Origin: Ramazzottius varieornatus
Lineage: Eukaryota > Animalia > Tardigrada
Reading direction: 5' to 3'
Length of the DNA: 64,000 nucleotides
NCBI GenBank assembly: GCA_001949185.1
Contig: BDGG01000010.1
Location: forward strand, 939,773 to 1,003,772
Shown here: positions 1-12,314 of the stretch, piece after piece
Layout: every line of letters starts with the position of its first letter
Numbering within the stretch: position 1 is the first letter of the stretch
Made by a program: the position numbers and the translations under genes
The notes under the pieces: model-generated
Databases searched by the model: none
Told to the model about the DNA's origin: nothing
The model's input: only the letters and a program-made list of their open reading frames with translations

Positions 1-547
1 CGGAAGAAAGGTTGAACACGGTCTCAAATGCTACTCGACACAACGTGTAATTCTTGTCAAAGTGGTAGTAAACCGGAACTCCCTTGCTTGCTGAAAACGG
101 ACAGAGCACCAAGTCAGAATACCAATTAGCCACGGGTCAGTTCCAGAAAATATGCCCAAGCTTGAACCTGGGAAAATGTCACACTACTTCGTGACGAGTT
201 TGATTCTTACCTCTTCCAGTAAGCTCGCTTTCGGGATTGAGCAGATCTATCGAAGTGGACATCTTCCCGATGATAAACATGTTCTTGTCATTCTGACTGA
301 GAGCCCCCATCTGCAATTGAGTCCGTTGAAGAAGCTCTTGTGGGAACTCCAAGAGGCATCCTTTCTGACAACATCCTCTGACTCCTCCGGATGGCAATCC
401 TCCCTCCAGAACATAGTCGGGCTGCTCTTCTTCGGCTTCCATCTGAAAGTGCTCCTGTACTTGCTCCGCTTCGGACATCTTGGTGGGTTGAAAGGAAACC
501 GCCAGAAACAATCGGATTCGTAAGAAACATGTGAACATATGCGTCAA
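1..547 (-). pseudogene. Disrupted fragment of a transposase-like ORF (Sola-type N-terminal Cys motifs), truncated by the window edge
   Basis: ORF 179-547 has CCQKGCLLEF...LSQNDKNMFIIGKM. In another frame at 1-85 it reads VYYHFDKNYTLCRVAFETVFNLS, resembling the CxxxC...Y...VCxxF..xL.IS pattern of Sola-like transposases. The two parts do not splice in frame. Confidence 0.35.
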
Positions 548-1027
548 AGGATGCTTTCTTGCTTGCTCCTCTCCATTTTATGCTCACGAGAACTCCACGT
601 TGTCGGGCCAATGTTGTCTGTGACGTCATGCAAAAGTTCTTTCAGCCATGTGTGCCTTTTGACATAACATAAAGACCACGTGGCCATGTTGTTTGAATGG
701 GAGTGCGCTTCATTCATCGATGAATCAACTCGACGGTAAGATCGAATGAGATGATCTAAGGTGACGTCATACTCTCTTACATATGTACCTAGTGTTGATC
801 GATCGGATCCATAGGAGGATGCTCTCATCTCTAATTCGGCTGATCTGGTTTTCAGCATCTGTTTGGATAGTTTAGGAACTAGGATTCCGTACGGTTGTAC
901 TCCATCCTTATGCTTGCAAAGTGAGAACATCTTGATCTAGCGTTACGAACTACTGCTTTTGGTGCTCCTGGTCTGGCACCGAGATACACCAGCGCCGGAG
1001 TCTGGACTATTCAGTATTCACTGAGAG

Positions 1028-4000
1028 ATGGACCGGAAGTCCCTGGGTAAGATATGTTCCGCCCGACATTTCGCCTCTCCAGCCTGTTTTTGCCTTTGGG
1101 GAGCAGACTCTTTAGCTATTGTGTTTTGCAGGGTCCGGTTTCGGTAATCCCAGCTCGACAACGCAGCGTTCATATGGTTCATCCATGCCTCCACACGCGA
1201 CGATGCCTGTTACTTATTCTACTGCACCTACGCTCTTCCCAGGACAAATCCCTGCACAACTATTCAATAATCAAAATATTCCTTTACCCAGTTTCGCTGC
1301 AATGACCGTTCAAGATATCGGAACTTCCGGGAGACGGCAATCGGATACAGTGAGTGAGCTTTCGTGGTATTTATGAGTACTTCCGGTGGACCGGTTCCCT
1401 TGATTGCTACTAAAGTAAAGGCCGAAAAATAATGCGCCAACCACTTGTTCAAACCACTTTTGATCCACGCACCGTTTTTCCGCAGTTGCAGCAATTCAGA
1501 CAGCCAGTGAACACGACAAACCAAGCGGTATATCCAGCTCCGACCTTGACACCTGCTCGTTCAGCTGGTCCGAAGGTAACACCACAGCATTATTTTCCCT
1601 CATGAACTCATTTGAGAGTGAAACACTGAACTGCAATTTCTCGAGCCTTCCATGTGTGCCAGTCAACTTTACGTTGAGTTGGTTTATTAACAGGTGGATA
1701 ATGCTTCGATGGATGAAAGGAGAAGGCTTGAGCAGCAAAGACAGCAGCAGAAAATTCGTCTGTCATTCCAGGCGTCGAAAAGCAAGACGACAAACTCGGA
1801 TGCTTTGATGGGACAAATCTTGGCTGATATCGGGTTTGAACAAAGCAATGGAAGCGCGAAGCAGCAGGAAACAAGATCCCGACCGATAAGTAGGTATATG
1901 ATATGGTTTGGCTGCGTGCGAGCTGGCATCCTCCGTCGCGAACAGAAAATGTAACGTCTCCGTGTACTTTTAGCTCCCCATACTGATCCTGCGATCCAAC
2001 AGTCATCAAGAGAGCGAAGTGGCTCCTTGAACATTACTGTGCAACATAGTCCCAGTACCACCGCCGCGACAGCTAGACCAGAAGAACCAGTGCGTGCACC
2101 AGTTCCAGGTACGCTCCCTTTGATCTCTTACCCATTTACATCCAAATCACGGCATCCTTTTTGGAAAGTGGAATATAATAACATACTTTATGGCTTCCTT
2201 TTGTAGATTTGAACGATCTCTTGACGAAGTTTTCGGACTTGTCCGCTCCTGCTGCTCCCGTAAAGCCTTTCACATATGTGCGTCCAAAGACACAACCTGC
2301 ACCGTCAGTCGGAAAGAAGGCTGCACATTTCTCTGACAGTCAATCGGCAACGAATTGGAGCAGCCTTTCGGGCGATCTGACATCGGTCTTTAGCGGGCAT
2401 CACAGAGGTATTGAACTTTGTAATTCGGAAAAGTTTCCTCTGTCCGACAACTCATTGTACGTCTGATGCAGATTCTTCAGAGACGCCAAGCGCATACGTC
2501 GACCTGCCTCCCTGGTGTCACAGTATCGCGTCGCTTCCCGATGCATACAGGCACGCATTGCACCCTTTTCAGAAGCGGAGTAACGTTGACAAAGCTAGCG
2601 TCTTGACTCTGCTAAGCCATTCCGGCTTGGGCAAGTCGACGTTGGAGCACATCTGGACAACAACGTGTCGCACTCATACAGGGAACCTCACCCTTCCCGA
2701 GCTATGCGCTGCACTTGGTCTGGTTGGACTAGCACAGGTAAGATTAACCTTGTTCGCGACCTGTGTTACCTAACCTGATAAGGTCAAACATGATACCTTC
2801 GGTTGCAGACCAACTTCGACGTACAGCATCTAACGATTGATGTACTCCGAAGGATCCCCGCTCCACCCCAACCACAACTCTCGTTCACTGTACAACAAAC
2901 AGTCCAACCCGTTCAGCCCATACAGCAGACATTTCCTCCCGTTCAACCAATCGCTGCACCCACAAACAGTACCTGTCAGTTTTCAGAGATTTCTCTCTTG
3001 TCGAACCCAGCAACAAAATTACCATCGACTAACTCAAACGACCACCACGTTGTTCAAGAACCAGTCGAAGACGACTTTTCCGACTTCATCTCAGCCACAC
3101 CATCCGTACCACGCCAGAAGCCTCCTTCGGTTACGAGGGTATCTTTTGCGGGTGGCCAGATACCGCCGGCCTTGAGGCCACCTCCAGCTGCTCGTCCTCC
3201 GACGACCAAGTTTGCGCCTCCCGTTACACCAGTAGCAGCGCCCCAACAATCCGACTCACAGTTACTGAACATTCCTTCTCCAAAGTCTGAGCGGTCAAGC
3301 AGGAAGAATTCATCGACCCTTCCGCCCATCCCTATTTCCCTTCTTAAAGCGCCCAACGCTGCCGCTATTGACTACTCCACACAAAAAAAGGACCAGAAGT
3401 TAGCAGAGCAAGGATGGGGCGACTGGAGCAACGCTGACAGTCTCGTCTTAGAGCCCACACAACCCAACAAGACGGGACACCCGCAGAAGATCGCGACTTC
3501 CCAATTGAAAAGACTGGATTTTGGCCAAGAACCGAAGAAGCCTACCGAAACGGCCTCACACAGCGAAGCAGATATCTACGCAGCATTGCGTGAACTAGCG
3601 CCGGACGAACCCACGCTTCCGCCTCTGCCGTCATGGAATATTCCAGAGGATACTTCGAGCAAACCAGGCAACCCTAAAGTCGATTTAAATTCGCTCTTCT
3701 CTGATCCTAACAATGCGAATTCAGAACGGCAATCTGTGGATTTTTCGTTCGGTGATTTTCTTTATGCTGGGCCTTCTCCGTTGGGCACTGCAAACGTGAT
3801 TTCGCCGGAAGAGGTCTCGCTCGAAGGGCTTCAGTTTGATAGTCTCGCAACCGACAGCTTTTCCTTACACACATCAGACTCTGCGCCTAGCTTAAAGCTG
3901 GAGAATCTGGATTTCAGTGAGAATATGCCAGAAAGGCCGGAAGGACCGGGGGATGGGCTTCCGGGTGCAGCACCCATGCAGCGAACCGATGTATGGATTT

Positions 4001-4770
4001 CCGCTTTGGGAGTCTGTACGGAACTTTTACGGGAAGGCTGCAAAGTCTTCAACTCAGTCAGCGATTCTAAAATGCTGCTGACAGTCCTGGCCAAAGCCAC
4101 CGAACACATTAATGGTAAGTCTTACGAGTCTTGTTTGTAAACACGAGTTTGGAGCTCGCAGCAAACAAACTTCACCACATTATTTTTCCCAGTGGCGCAC
4201 ACTTTCACATTGTTTGGCTGACACCGTGCGCCGGTTAAAAACCGATCTTGTCGAGTTTTTTGGTCTGGAACTCAGTTGATTCAACATTGCGTTTTGGCTT
4301 CTGTAGACCTCATCGAAGTGTATCGGGTCGCCAGACGGATCTACGTCTCAGTAAGATCGTTCAACTTGATGGACCATCAGTCTCTTTTGACAGCTATCAA
4401 GTCCAACGAAGAAGCATGGGCGAACTTGGTGACTTTTCTGAGCTTAGCTGGCATTGAGGTAAGAATATCTTGCACAGTCCGCGTACCCGAAGTACGAAGA
4501 TATGAACTGATGAATCTTGACGTTCTTCTGATATGATCACAGCCTCCACCCGGGTCGCTGGACTTCAAGAGCTCGGACCGAGGAGCGGGTGACTCGGCAA
4601 CGTCGCTGTGCGGATTATGTCTGCTGAACGTGGACGATGTGTCGGGGAAGCGAAGAGGTTCAGTGACGTACCTCAAGGCGGAAGTTGATGGTCGAGGGTA
4701 TCACATGCCCTGTGCGAACTTCTGGCTGAACTGTGTGGGCGATCATTTGCCCGGCTTGGATCTCAAATGA
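1028..4770 (+). CDS. SYNRG: Synergin gamma (AP-1 gamma-adaptin ear-binding, EH-domain protein), multi-exon
   Basis: ATG 1028, GT at 1047, AG at 1131. EH-like segment LLSHSGLGKSTLEHIWTTTCRTHTGNLTLPELCAALGLVGLAQ. Acidic-Phe motifs DDFSDF, WGDW, FGDF. C-terminal CGLCLL...YHMPCANFWLNCV; TGA 4768-4770. Confidence 0.88.
4190..4236. repeat. Palindromic N25 element (GGCGCAC-N25-GTGCGCC) in a synergin intron
   Basis: ggcgcac 4194-4200, 25-bp spacer, gtgcgcc 4226-4232. Confidence 0.8.
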
Positions 4771-5091
4771 CTTTTCTTTCTGTTGGCTTAGGCTACTACG
4801 GTTTTATTATTTTCTTACCTTGCTACAACCAAGGGTTCATTCGTACGCGATCGACTGACTTCTGTTTTAGTTTGTTCTGTGATTTTTATTTTATCGCTTC
4901 GACCAAGCGCTCAGTATGAAACTGCGAAGAAACGGATGGTTGTTCCGTTCTATTGGATTCTTCGTCGAAATCCAATGTATACGGTTGAAAAAGCGGGAAA
5001 CCATTTAGATATTCTGAAGTCTGAATGGCTTTCGATAGCGTGTAGCCTTCGCGACCATTTCGCTCTGTTTCTTGAGAGGCTAGTTCTTCCT

Positions 5092-5460
5092 TCACCGTTT
5101 GCAGCTGGTGACATTCTGCCTTTCGATAAAGTAAAACTCAGACGGTCGCAGCTTCTGCATCATGCCTGAGGGTACGTCGCACACCGTGGGGCTGCCGAGC
5201 AAGGATTCACGAAACACTGGGCATCCGGCCGGCCGACCTTGGGGACTGCGAGAGGTCCCCGCGTTACCTGCACATGCCAACAATGCAGAATCAAAATCAG
5301 GCGACAACATGGTCTTGCGAAGACTTTTCCACTGTTTGTACCTGCCGTCGCAGACAGGCGTCTTGTCCGCTGCCTGTCCCGAAACGGCGAAACCTGATGC
5401 ATGATTCCAACGACCGCAATGCCGACGAGAAAAGGACATGAAATCGTGATACTCGACATT
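5092..5460 (-). pseudogene. Decayed small Cys-rich module gene
   Basis: Fragments PQGRP / AQCFVNPCSAAPRCATYPQA* / EFYFIERQNVTSC in shifting frames. They resemble the invertebrate extracellular CFVxPC...CPxYPxAxC...FY repeat; there is a stop and frameshifts. Confidence 0.3.
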
Positions 5461-5856
5461 GTTCCATCGCAAACGACCGAAACTTTCCGATCCAAACAAC
5501 TTTCTGATTCTTGTATGAACAAGGAAGCGATGGATAAAACTGATATTTTCTGTTCTCAATATGCTTAAATAGAAAATTTTCTTTACGCTACGGAACGTTT
5601 CCATAAGAATTCAGCCACAAGTACTTGCAAGTTTCCCGTCGAGTATAACCTGCGACCATTCGTTCGTTTACTTGTTCGATGTACAGAAATATGCAATGAC
5701 GAGGGCAAGGGAACTGCTGACAGCGAAACCACATCCCAATCGATACTTCGCAGCTTCGATACTAAAATCGTTATGGGGGAGAAATTTTTATTATCATTAA
5801 GAAACTGGAAAATATTGGAAAATCATTAGAAATAGGAAGTGAACATGAGATCGTAC

Positions 5857-8617
5857 TCAATTGTGTTGATGATGTCCCGCTGCCGTTTGATAACCAACTT
5901 CCGAGAAAATAGTCTTGATTTTCTTTCGACCAAGTTCCGCTGACATCACGTCCAGTACCTTCGTTCCATCGTTCCGCGTCAAGTCATTCACATCGATCTT
6001 CATATCCCCCCGCACATCCAGCAAGCGAGCCAGCTGGTACTGCGACACATCGGGGAACTTCTGAGCGAAAGTACTCAACTCCAGCTGTATCATATCTTCT
6101 GAACATCTTAACAACTCACAGAAGTATTCAAAAATCTCATAACTCAGTTGTAAATCTATTTTGTCGGAAGCCGGCGCTTCGGTTTCTTCTTTCGGCTGTG
6201 CCCGAGCGAAGACCAGCTCCATGTTGAGGTTGTTGAGTATGTCCATGTCTTGCTTGATCCGATCGGCACCTTCATGCCGTTCTTCAGGCGCCTTGAACTT
6301 AATCTTCCGGTCGAGTATGGCTTGGATGTAGTGCTTGAGTACTTTCAGTTGGGCGAGTTCCATTGTTTCAGCGTAGTTGGGGAGAGTGAGGTGCTTCTTG
6401 TAGTCGCCGCCGTAGTCCTTCAGGGTCTCCGCTATAATGTAGACTGCTTCCGAGGTCCTGGCTTTAAGCCACTGCTGGGTGAAGAGCTCCTTTACGTGCT
6501 TATCGATGTCGTGGACGGGTTCTTCGAGCAGGCAGTTTATAGCTTCGACTCGAACGCGTTCAAAGCAGGCGAAACATTCGGCGACGAGGTCTTGGTGACC
6601 AAGTGACGACTTCTTCTGAGCCCAATGCTCCACGAAATCGATATACCTATAGGCAACTATCCAAAATAAATATCTAGATATTCCCCAAAATATTCCAAAC
6701 AATTTCGGACCTAAAATTTAACACTGGGTCCTAGCAGATCCGTAATCAATCTAGCAGATCATTTTCCGAGGCGGCGCACGCACTCATCGATATTGGCTCT
6801 AAGGGTGCGCCACTTAATTTGTGGAGTCAAGTTTGTTTGCCAATTTAACTAATTTCATGAGACCGAGAAAATGGAGAAAATATCTGCATGATATTACCGG
6901 CTGGAGTCGTTGACAAGAGCCATCATAATGGCCGTGTAGCCCATCAGCCTGGATCGATCTTTGAATTTCTCGTTCCGGTAGTCACAAAACGCCGATTTTA
7001 ACGTAATACTGAACTCCGCGAGCTTCTTCAAACATATCGCGTACATCTGCTTGGTCATTTTCTCTCCCATTCGAGAGGCGATGTTGATGTTCTGTTCGAA
7101 TATCTGGAAAACATCAGTAGGTGTCTGCGTCTGGAAGTACTGCGTACCGTCATCTGGCTTCCTGTCTTCTGACCAAGCATGCTTCTCTACTTCTAACGCC
7201 CGGGACAGCCAGTTATCCATGTTCAACGAAGTGGCTGCTTGGTACGTCTCGACCAATTTGTCTATTTTATCTCTGGCGAGCAAGGGAGCACCGAGTGAAG
7301 CCACGTCGATCTGGACGTTGGGGTTCCCGAGGCATGTCGGGCCTTCGTATTCTTCGAGCCATGTTAGGAGTGTGACGATGTCTTCTGCCTGGAGGTGTTC
7401 ATGGTCTAGAAGCTCTACTATCTGTTTTGCGATGGCTTTATGGTACATGTTGGCGTATGTACCCATGATGTCGTATTCGGGAGGGAAGCACGGGATGGCG
7501 GCGCCGCGTACGACGGACAGGTCGTTGAGAACTAGTTGTCGAATGATTTCGAGGTGCTTCACCAGCCAAGTCTTGTCTGACTTGGCGTCTGACAGCTGTG
7601 AGCCTTCCACTTTTTCCATGACTGTGCGTTCCAGAATCTAAACAACCAAAGAACATGAACCAATTTCCTCGTACGGAACTAAAGAAACGGAGCAAAACTG
7701 GACAGTGTAGTACAAATTATACGTTACATGCGCAGGATGTCACAGCGACCCGTTATGTTAACATAGCGTAAGCGTCAGTGCTGCGCGGGGTGAAAAACCC
7801 AGATTACCTGCATGGTTTTCGATCGCCATTGTTTCGGACGGTTATGTGGGATGAACCCACTGGCTGCTTTTCTTTCTAGCGCTTTTATATCAGCTCGCTC
7901 TTCTCTTTCGATAATCCGAAGGCAGGAAACAATCAGCGCTGGTTCTTTACGAATCACGTTGATTGTTCGTCCCATGTGTATGGATATCTGTTTCCATAAA
8001 GCTGTTGACAGAGCTTCGACGGGCTTGAAGTATTTCTCGAGAGTGATTTGATCCAAGTGAGAAGTGGAGGGTTGCTTATGGAACTCGAACATGAGGTCAT
8101 CACGCGAGCGTTCGAGATCGCTGACGGACTGGTGAGCCAGAAGGAGTTTACCTTCCTCGATCAACCGACGCGTCTTCTCAGCGATTTCTGCAACGTTGAA
8201 AATCTGCTTAGCGTTCTCCACGGCAGCACCTAGTTGACTATGGCGACTATGTTCTTCGCGAATCTCTTTGAAATAGTGGCTGACGTTCTTCACTTCTTTG
8301 AGGTCTTTTAGAATGCCTTGAAAATCTGACTTGAGTGCGCGAATGCTGTAGATGACACGATCCATCCCACCGATGGATGTCTGGACACCTTCGACGTGCG
8401 ACTGGAGCATCGTCTTCATCATGACATCGATGGTTGCCTTTTCTGTTGTAATTTGTTCCTTCCGAGCGCAAAGAATCTCGTCCAGGTCTTTGGGCTGGTG
8501 GAGAAGTGATGCCACGTTTCTTGACGCTCCTTCCGCGATGCTCTGCTCGATGACTTTCCATTTCGCTTGTTCTAAGTTTACGTTGGACGGTTCCTTTCCC
8601 GGTAAGTTGGACTTCAT
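5857..8617 (-). CDS. EXOC3: Exocyst complex component 3 (Sec6), three coding exons
   Basis: ORFs 7775-8617, 6894-7619 and 5857-6702 join. Motifs HSQLGAAVENAKQIFNV, LERSRDDLMFE, WLVKHLEIIRQLVLNDL, IPCFPPEYDI, FPDVS...LLDVRGDM. Confidence 0.95.
6769..6815. repeat. Palindromic N25 element in a Sec6 intron
   Basis: ggcgcac 6773-6779, 25-bp spacer containing attggct, gtgcgccactt from 6805. Confidence 0.8.
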
Positions 8618-9056
8618 AGCTGATGATCTTTGTAATATCTCTTATCACCAGTTATAGTATCCAGTAAGCATTATGTTCGCGGACCAAATCGGACGACGGA
8701 GGAAGAACTGGAGAGAAATCGGGAAGAAAGTTCTGAAAAATGATCACCAAAAATAAAATCGGATTTTATAATTAAAAATGACGACAAAGTGAGCAAACGG
8801 TTGGAAACGGGGATCCCCTTCAACGAGCCGTATTTTTCGGGTATCCCCTTGTGAAAAAGACCCTAGTATTCCTTAGTACTTGCTATATATTGTGCGGATA
8901 CAGCATGTGGTAAGCCGACAGGTCTAATGATGTTCGGATCCTAACTGCTCGCTCAAATTTCCCCCCAAGTCCAAGGGTTCAATTCTGTAACGGACGACGA
9001 AAACAGTGTTTTCAAGTCACTCGGAAGTTGCTGCGCCAAATCTTGACGGGTCAGAT

Positions 9057-9503
9057 TAACGATGAGCATTACACGCAGATGGTCCGTGTAATGTAAAGTG
9101 TAAAATAGTGTAACTGTAAAAGGGTAATTACATTTTACACTAGTTTACATTTACAGACCGAGCGGTTTGTAACGCCTAAAAGTGACAAGGAGCGACGAAA
9201 CGACTAACCAGTTATGTCTATGTTTGCATAGAATATAGAACTTAGTAATTGTCTTCCAGACAAAGATAACAATACGGTTGCAAAATGACCATACTCAGAA
9301 AGTTTCTGACATTTTTCCGCGTAAGTCAGCCAAATTTAAGACTTCTGGCGGCAAAACACTCAAAAATACCGCAGATTCTCGCGAGTAAAAGTTGTGATGA
9401 CATTTTACATTTACATTACAACTTCCCCGTGGTTGTAATGTCGTGTAAAAGTGTAATTGTAATGTAAAATGTAATGTAACGTAAAATGTAATGCTCATCA
9501 TTA
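9057..9503. mobile_element. Non-autonomous hAT-type DNA transposon (MITE), 447 bp
   Basis: 17-bp TIRs taacgatgagcattaca (9057-9073) and tgtaatgctcatcatta (9487-9503), one mismatch. Exact 8-bp TSD ggtcagat at 9049-9056 and 9504-9511. Dense subterminal TGTAA/TTACA repeats. Confidence 0.9.
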
Positions 9504-11349
9504 GGTCAGATGCTAGCATTGTCAATGCATCTTGTTTCCGAATCCTGAGCCAGGGGTGGGCTAAGGGACTGACTTGGCCAGGGAATGTAATTCTGTAATT
9601 CCAAATCTATCAATTATTTGAATTATTTTTTTTGAATCAGTCTTTTCAAATTACCGTATTCGAAAACTACATTAAAATACAGGCTGAAAATTTCGCAGGA
9701 CCATTCAATAGTTACATTCAGCCTAAACAAGATTTCATGACAGGATACGTGTGGATCATCTCCAAATCTGGCGACTTCTCAAACCAAAGGAGGAGCATCT
9801 CTGGAATCGAAACTCAAAATGCAAACAGAAGAAGCATGCCGGCCGGACGCCAGCAAAATCTTCCAAACTTCGCTTCAAAGGACAGCCACGACTTACTTTC
9901 GGGCACATGGAAAAAGTACGACAAAACAAAGGGAGTTACTAGACTGATCACACGCACGATCTGAACGAACAAACGATGCGCGCGGCAAGTTACACATCTG
10001 GTTTTGATGAAGATTGGAACATGCGAGGATAGCGACTATTCAACCGCCTTGCTTGTTGTTCCGGTCATTGACCGTCTGATTCAGTAGCATTCTCCCGTTT
10101 TAATTTCAAATACATCTTGATTGACTGCTACGGCTGCACGCCTGTACTCGGACCTGATTCATGCGTAGGACTCCGTTCAGAAACATACATTAAGAAAATC
10201 ATAGGTCTTATCAGTTGATCTTCCCCGACAGCGAAGTGATCGGGAGGTAATCTCAACTTTGCGAAACGGCCATCCGGTAGCCCTTGGAGCTGTTCAAACA
10301 TTCGAAGCCAGTCTGGGCTTAAGTGGCCTGCAGGAGGTTCACCGTTTGGAAAATCTCGGGGTCTATCGTTGGTGAAAGACAGCTTAGGCTGCTAGAGTAG
10401 CGTCCATCGGTACTTGGAAGTGCCGAGCGCAAGAGAAACAGTTGTATTGGAGTCGTGGTGGTCCATCTCTGCCCACTCTTGTCCCGTGTGCGATCGTTCT
10501 GCGCTGCAAAAAAGGCACACATCGCTGCAAATTTCTGCGTAAAACTGCTCAGCTAGCGTCTTGCGCGTGAATTCGTTATACTTTTGCTGGTTCGAGCCTG
10601 TGGTCATGAGTTCAGAACCCAAATAATTGTACGTTTTCGTGTAGCGAATAGTAAAATTTCGGGATAACTCTCACCCAACTCATCACTCCTTGCACTCCCG
10701 TTCGGATCTTTCTGGTCAGTTGCTTTGCCTTGGAAGTTGTGCGGTATTTCCGGTGCTGGCTTAACTGTTTTTTGATGACCAAAGCACGCACGATGGATAA
10801 CTATGGCACAGTAAAAATTTTGGGACAGGCATTTTCGTCATGGTGATACGGAAGCACCTGCGCACGCGACCGATTCATTCTAATGTACTTTTCAACACTT
10901 CTCTATGGCTGGATTTCCATTTTACCGTCCTTTCCGCCTGTCCCATAACTTTACTGTCCTTTGATTACCCATCATGAGTGTACAGAACGATGACAGCATT
11001 AGAGGAAGAGGATAAACGTATACACAACCCGTAGCGTAAGTCGTGATGAGAGCGTTGTAACTGACGTAAAGTATTTGCGGAAAAACTGAGCTGTGGTTAG
11101 TGTAGTGTCGTACGGCGTCTCGCGCACGCTCGGACAGCGTAGTTACACTTACAATCAACTTTCAAGGTATACGCACGCCCTTGTAGACCGAGGTAGTAGA
11201 GTGCCAGTGACCCAACGTGAATTTGTACGAGAAAAGAAAAGCGCCAATCAGGCCGCAAAACGCTACCGCTGCATTAGAAAGACATTTCCGAGTCCTGGAG
11301 GCCGGTGGATCGACTCATGTTCCGCCTCATATTTTTATATTTACCACTA

Positions 11350-11500
11350 GTATTAATTGTAATTCCCACCCCAATTAGCGTTCCCGGTCTTCCTAGGCAG
11401 ACGTTCCCGGTTCTTATGTTTGGGTGGGATTTTCCCGGTAGTGTAATTCTAGACTCGTTTGGGTGTGAATATTCCCGGCATTCCCGGCCTTGGTATAGAT
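11350..11500. repeat. Cluster of five TTCCCGG motifs (probable transposon subterminal remnant)
   Basis: ttcccgg near 11381, 11404, 11432, 11472 and 11481; no TIR/TSD pair found. Confidence 0.4.
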
Positions 11501-12314
11501 GTGTATTCTGGGCATCAGATCTTAGGTCAGGATGAGCCTGGGGAGGGCGGTCCTGAGACTGAGAGGAGAGGTTTTCCGCGCTCTATCTGCAGCATTGTGG
11601 TAACTGGTGAGTCATAGTCAAGTCAAACACCCGGCGTGGTTTACGGCACGGCTTACTCAGACCGACAGGTCGGTTTGAGCCGACAAGTCATCATTGGCGT
11701 ATGTCGATTCGGAGGCGGAACGCGCATGCGCATTAGGACGTTGCATGATCGCCATCTTGAATTTATTCGATCTAATTATTTTTGGTAGGCGCATCGGAGT
11801 TTTCCACAGCGAATTTCATCATCGTCCAAGAAATCTGGGGTCCCTTTCATACCGTGCTGCTCAATTTGCTCTTTGCACCATGCTGGAGTTTTACTGGACT
11901 ATCTGAAACCATAATCCGTTGTCAGATCACAGATATTGTCATCTTTCGACATTCAAAGAGTGGGGAAAGTTTCGACGTTTCCACAAGGTCATCTGGGCCC
12001 CATTGCCACAGCTGAGCCCATCTCCCCAGTCTGTCTGGACTTAGGCTTGCTTGAGCTGATTGGTTTGCTGACTACCATGCTATGTCGCTGGGCACATATG
12101 CGCCGGTGAATGGGCCGTACAGAAACTGTGAGTTCGATTTGTGGTTCTCTTCCTTTCCGATCTCTTCTTCCTGCCTTCGCTTTATCCTCTTATCTGCTCA
12201 TCGAGTTATACTTTTGGGCACCGCGTTGTAAGATGGATGGATGTGGACTATCGAAAGGAAGGTTCTTTTTTTTCTGAATTTTTTCTTTGCAGGAGTTGTA
12301 TCAACTCTGTCGTG

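Noticed and set aside
544-930. 128-aa ORF
   Set aside because: No homology or splice support recognisable
8960-9000. tRNA/SINE (GGTTCAATTC B-box-like)
   Set aside because: No cloverleaf and no convincing A box upstream
9632-10800. Short ORFs, possibly a decayed hAT transposase C-terminus
   Set aside because: Only a vague resemblance, no ERxFS motif and multiple stops; not supportable
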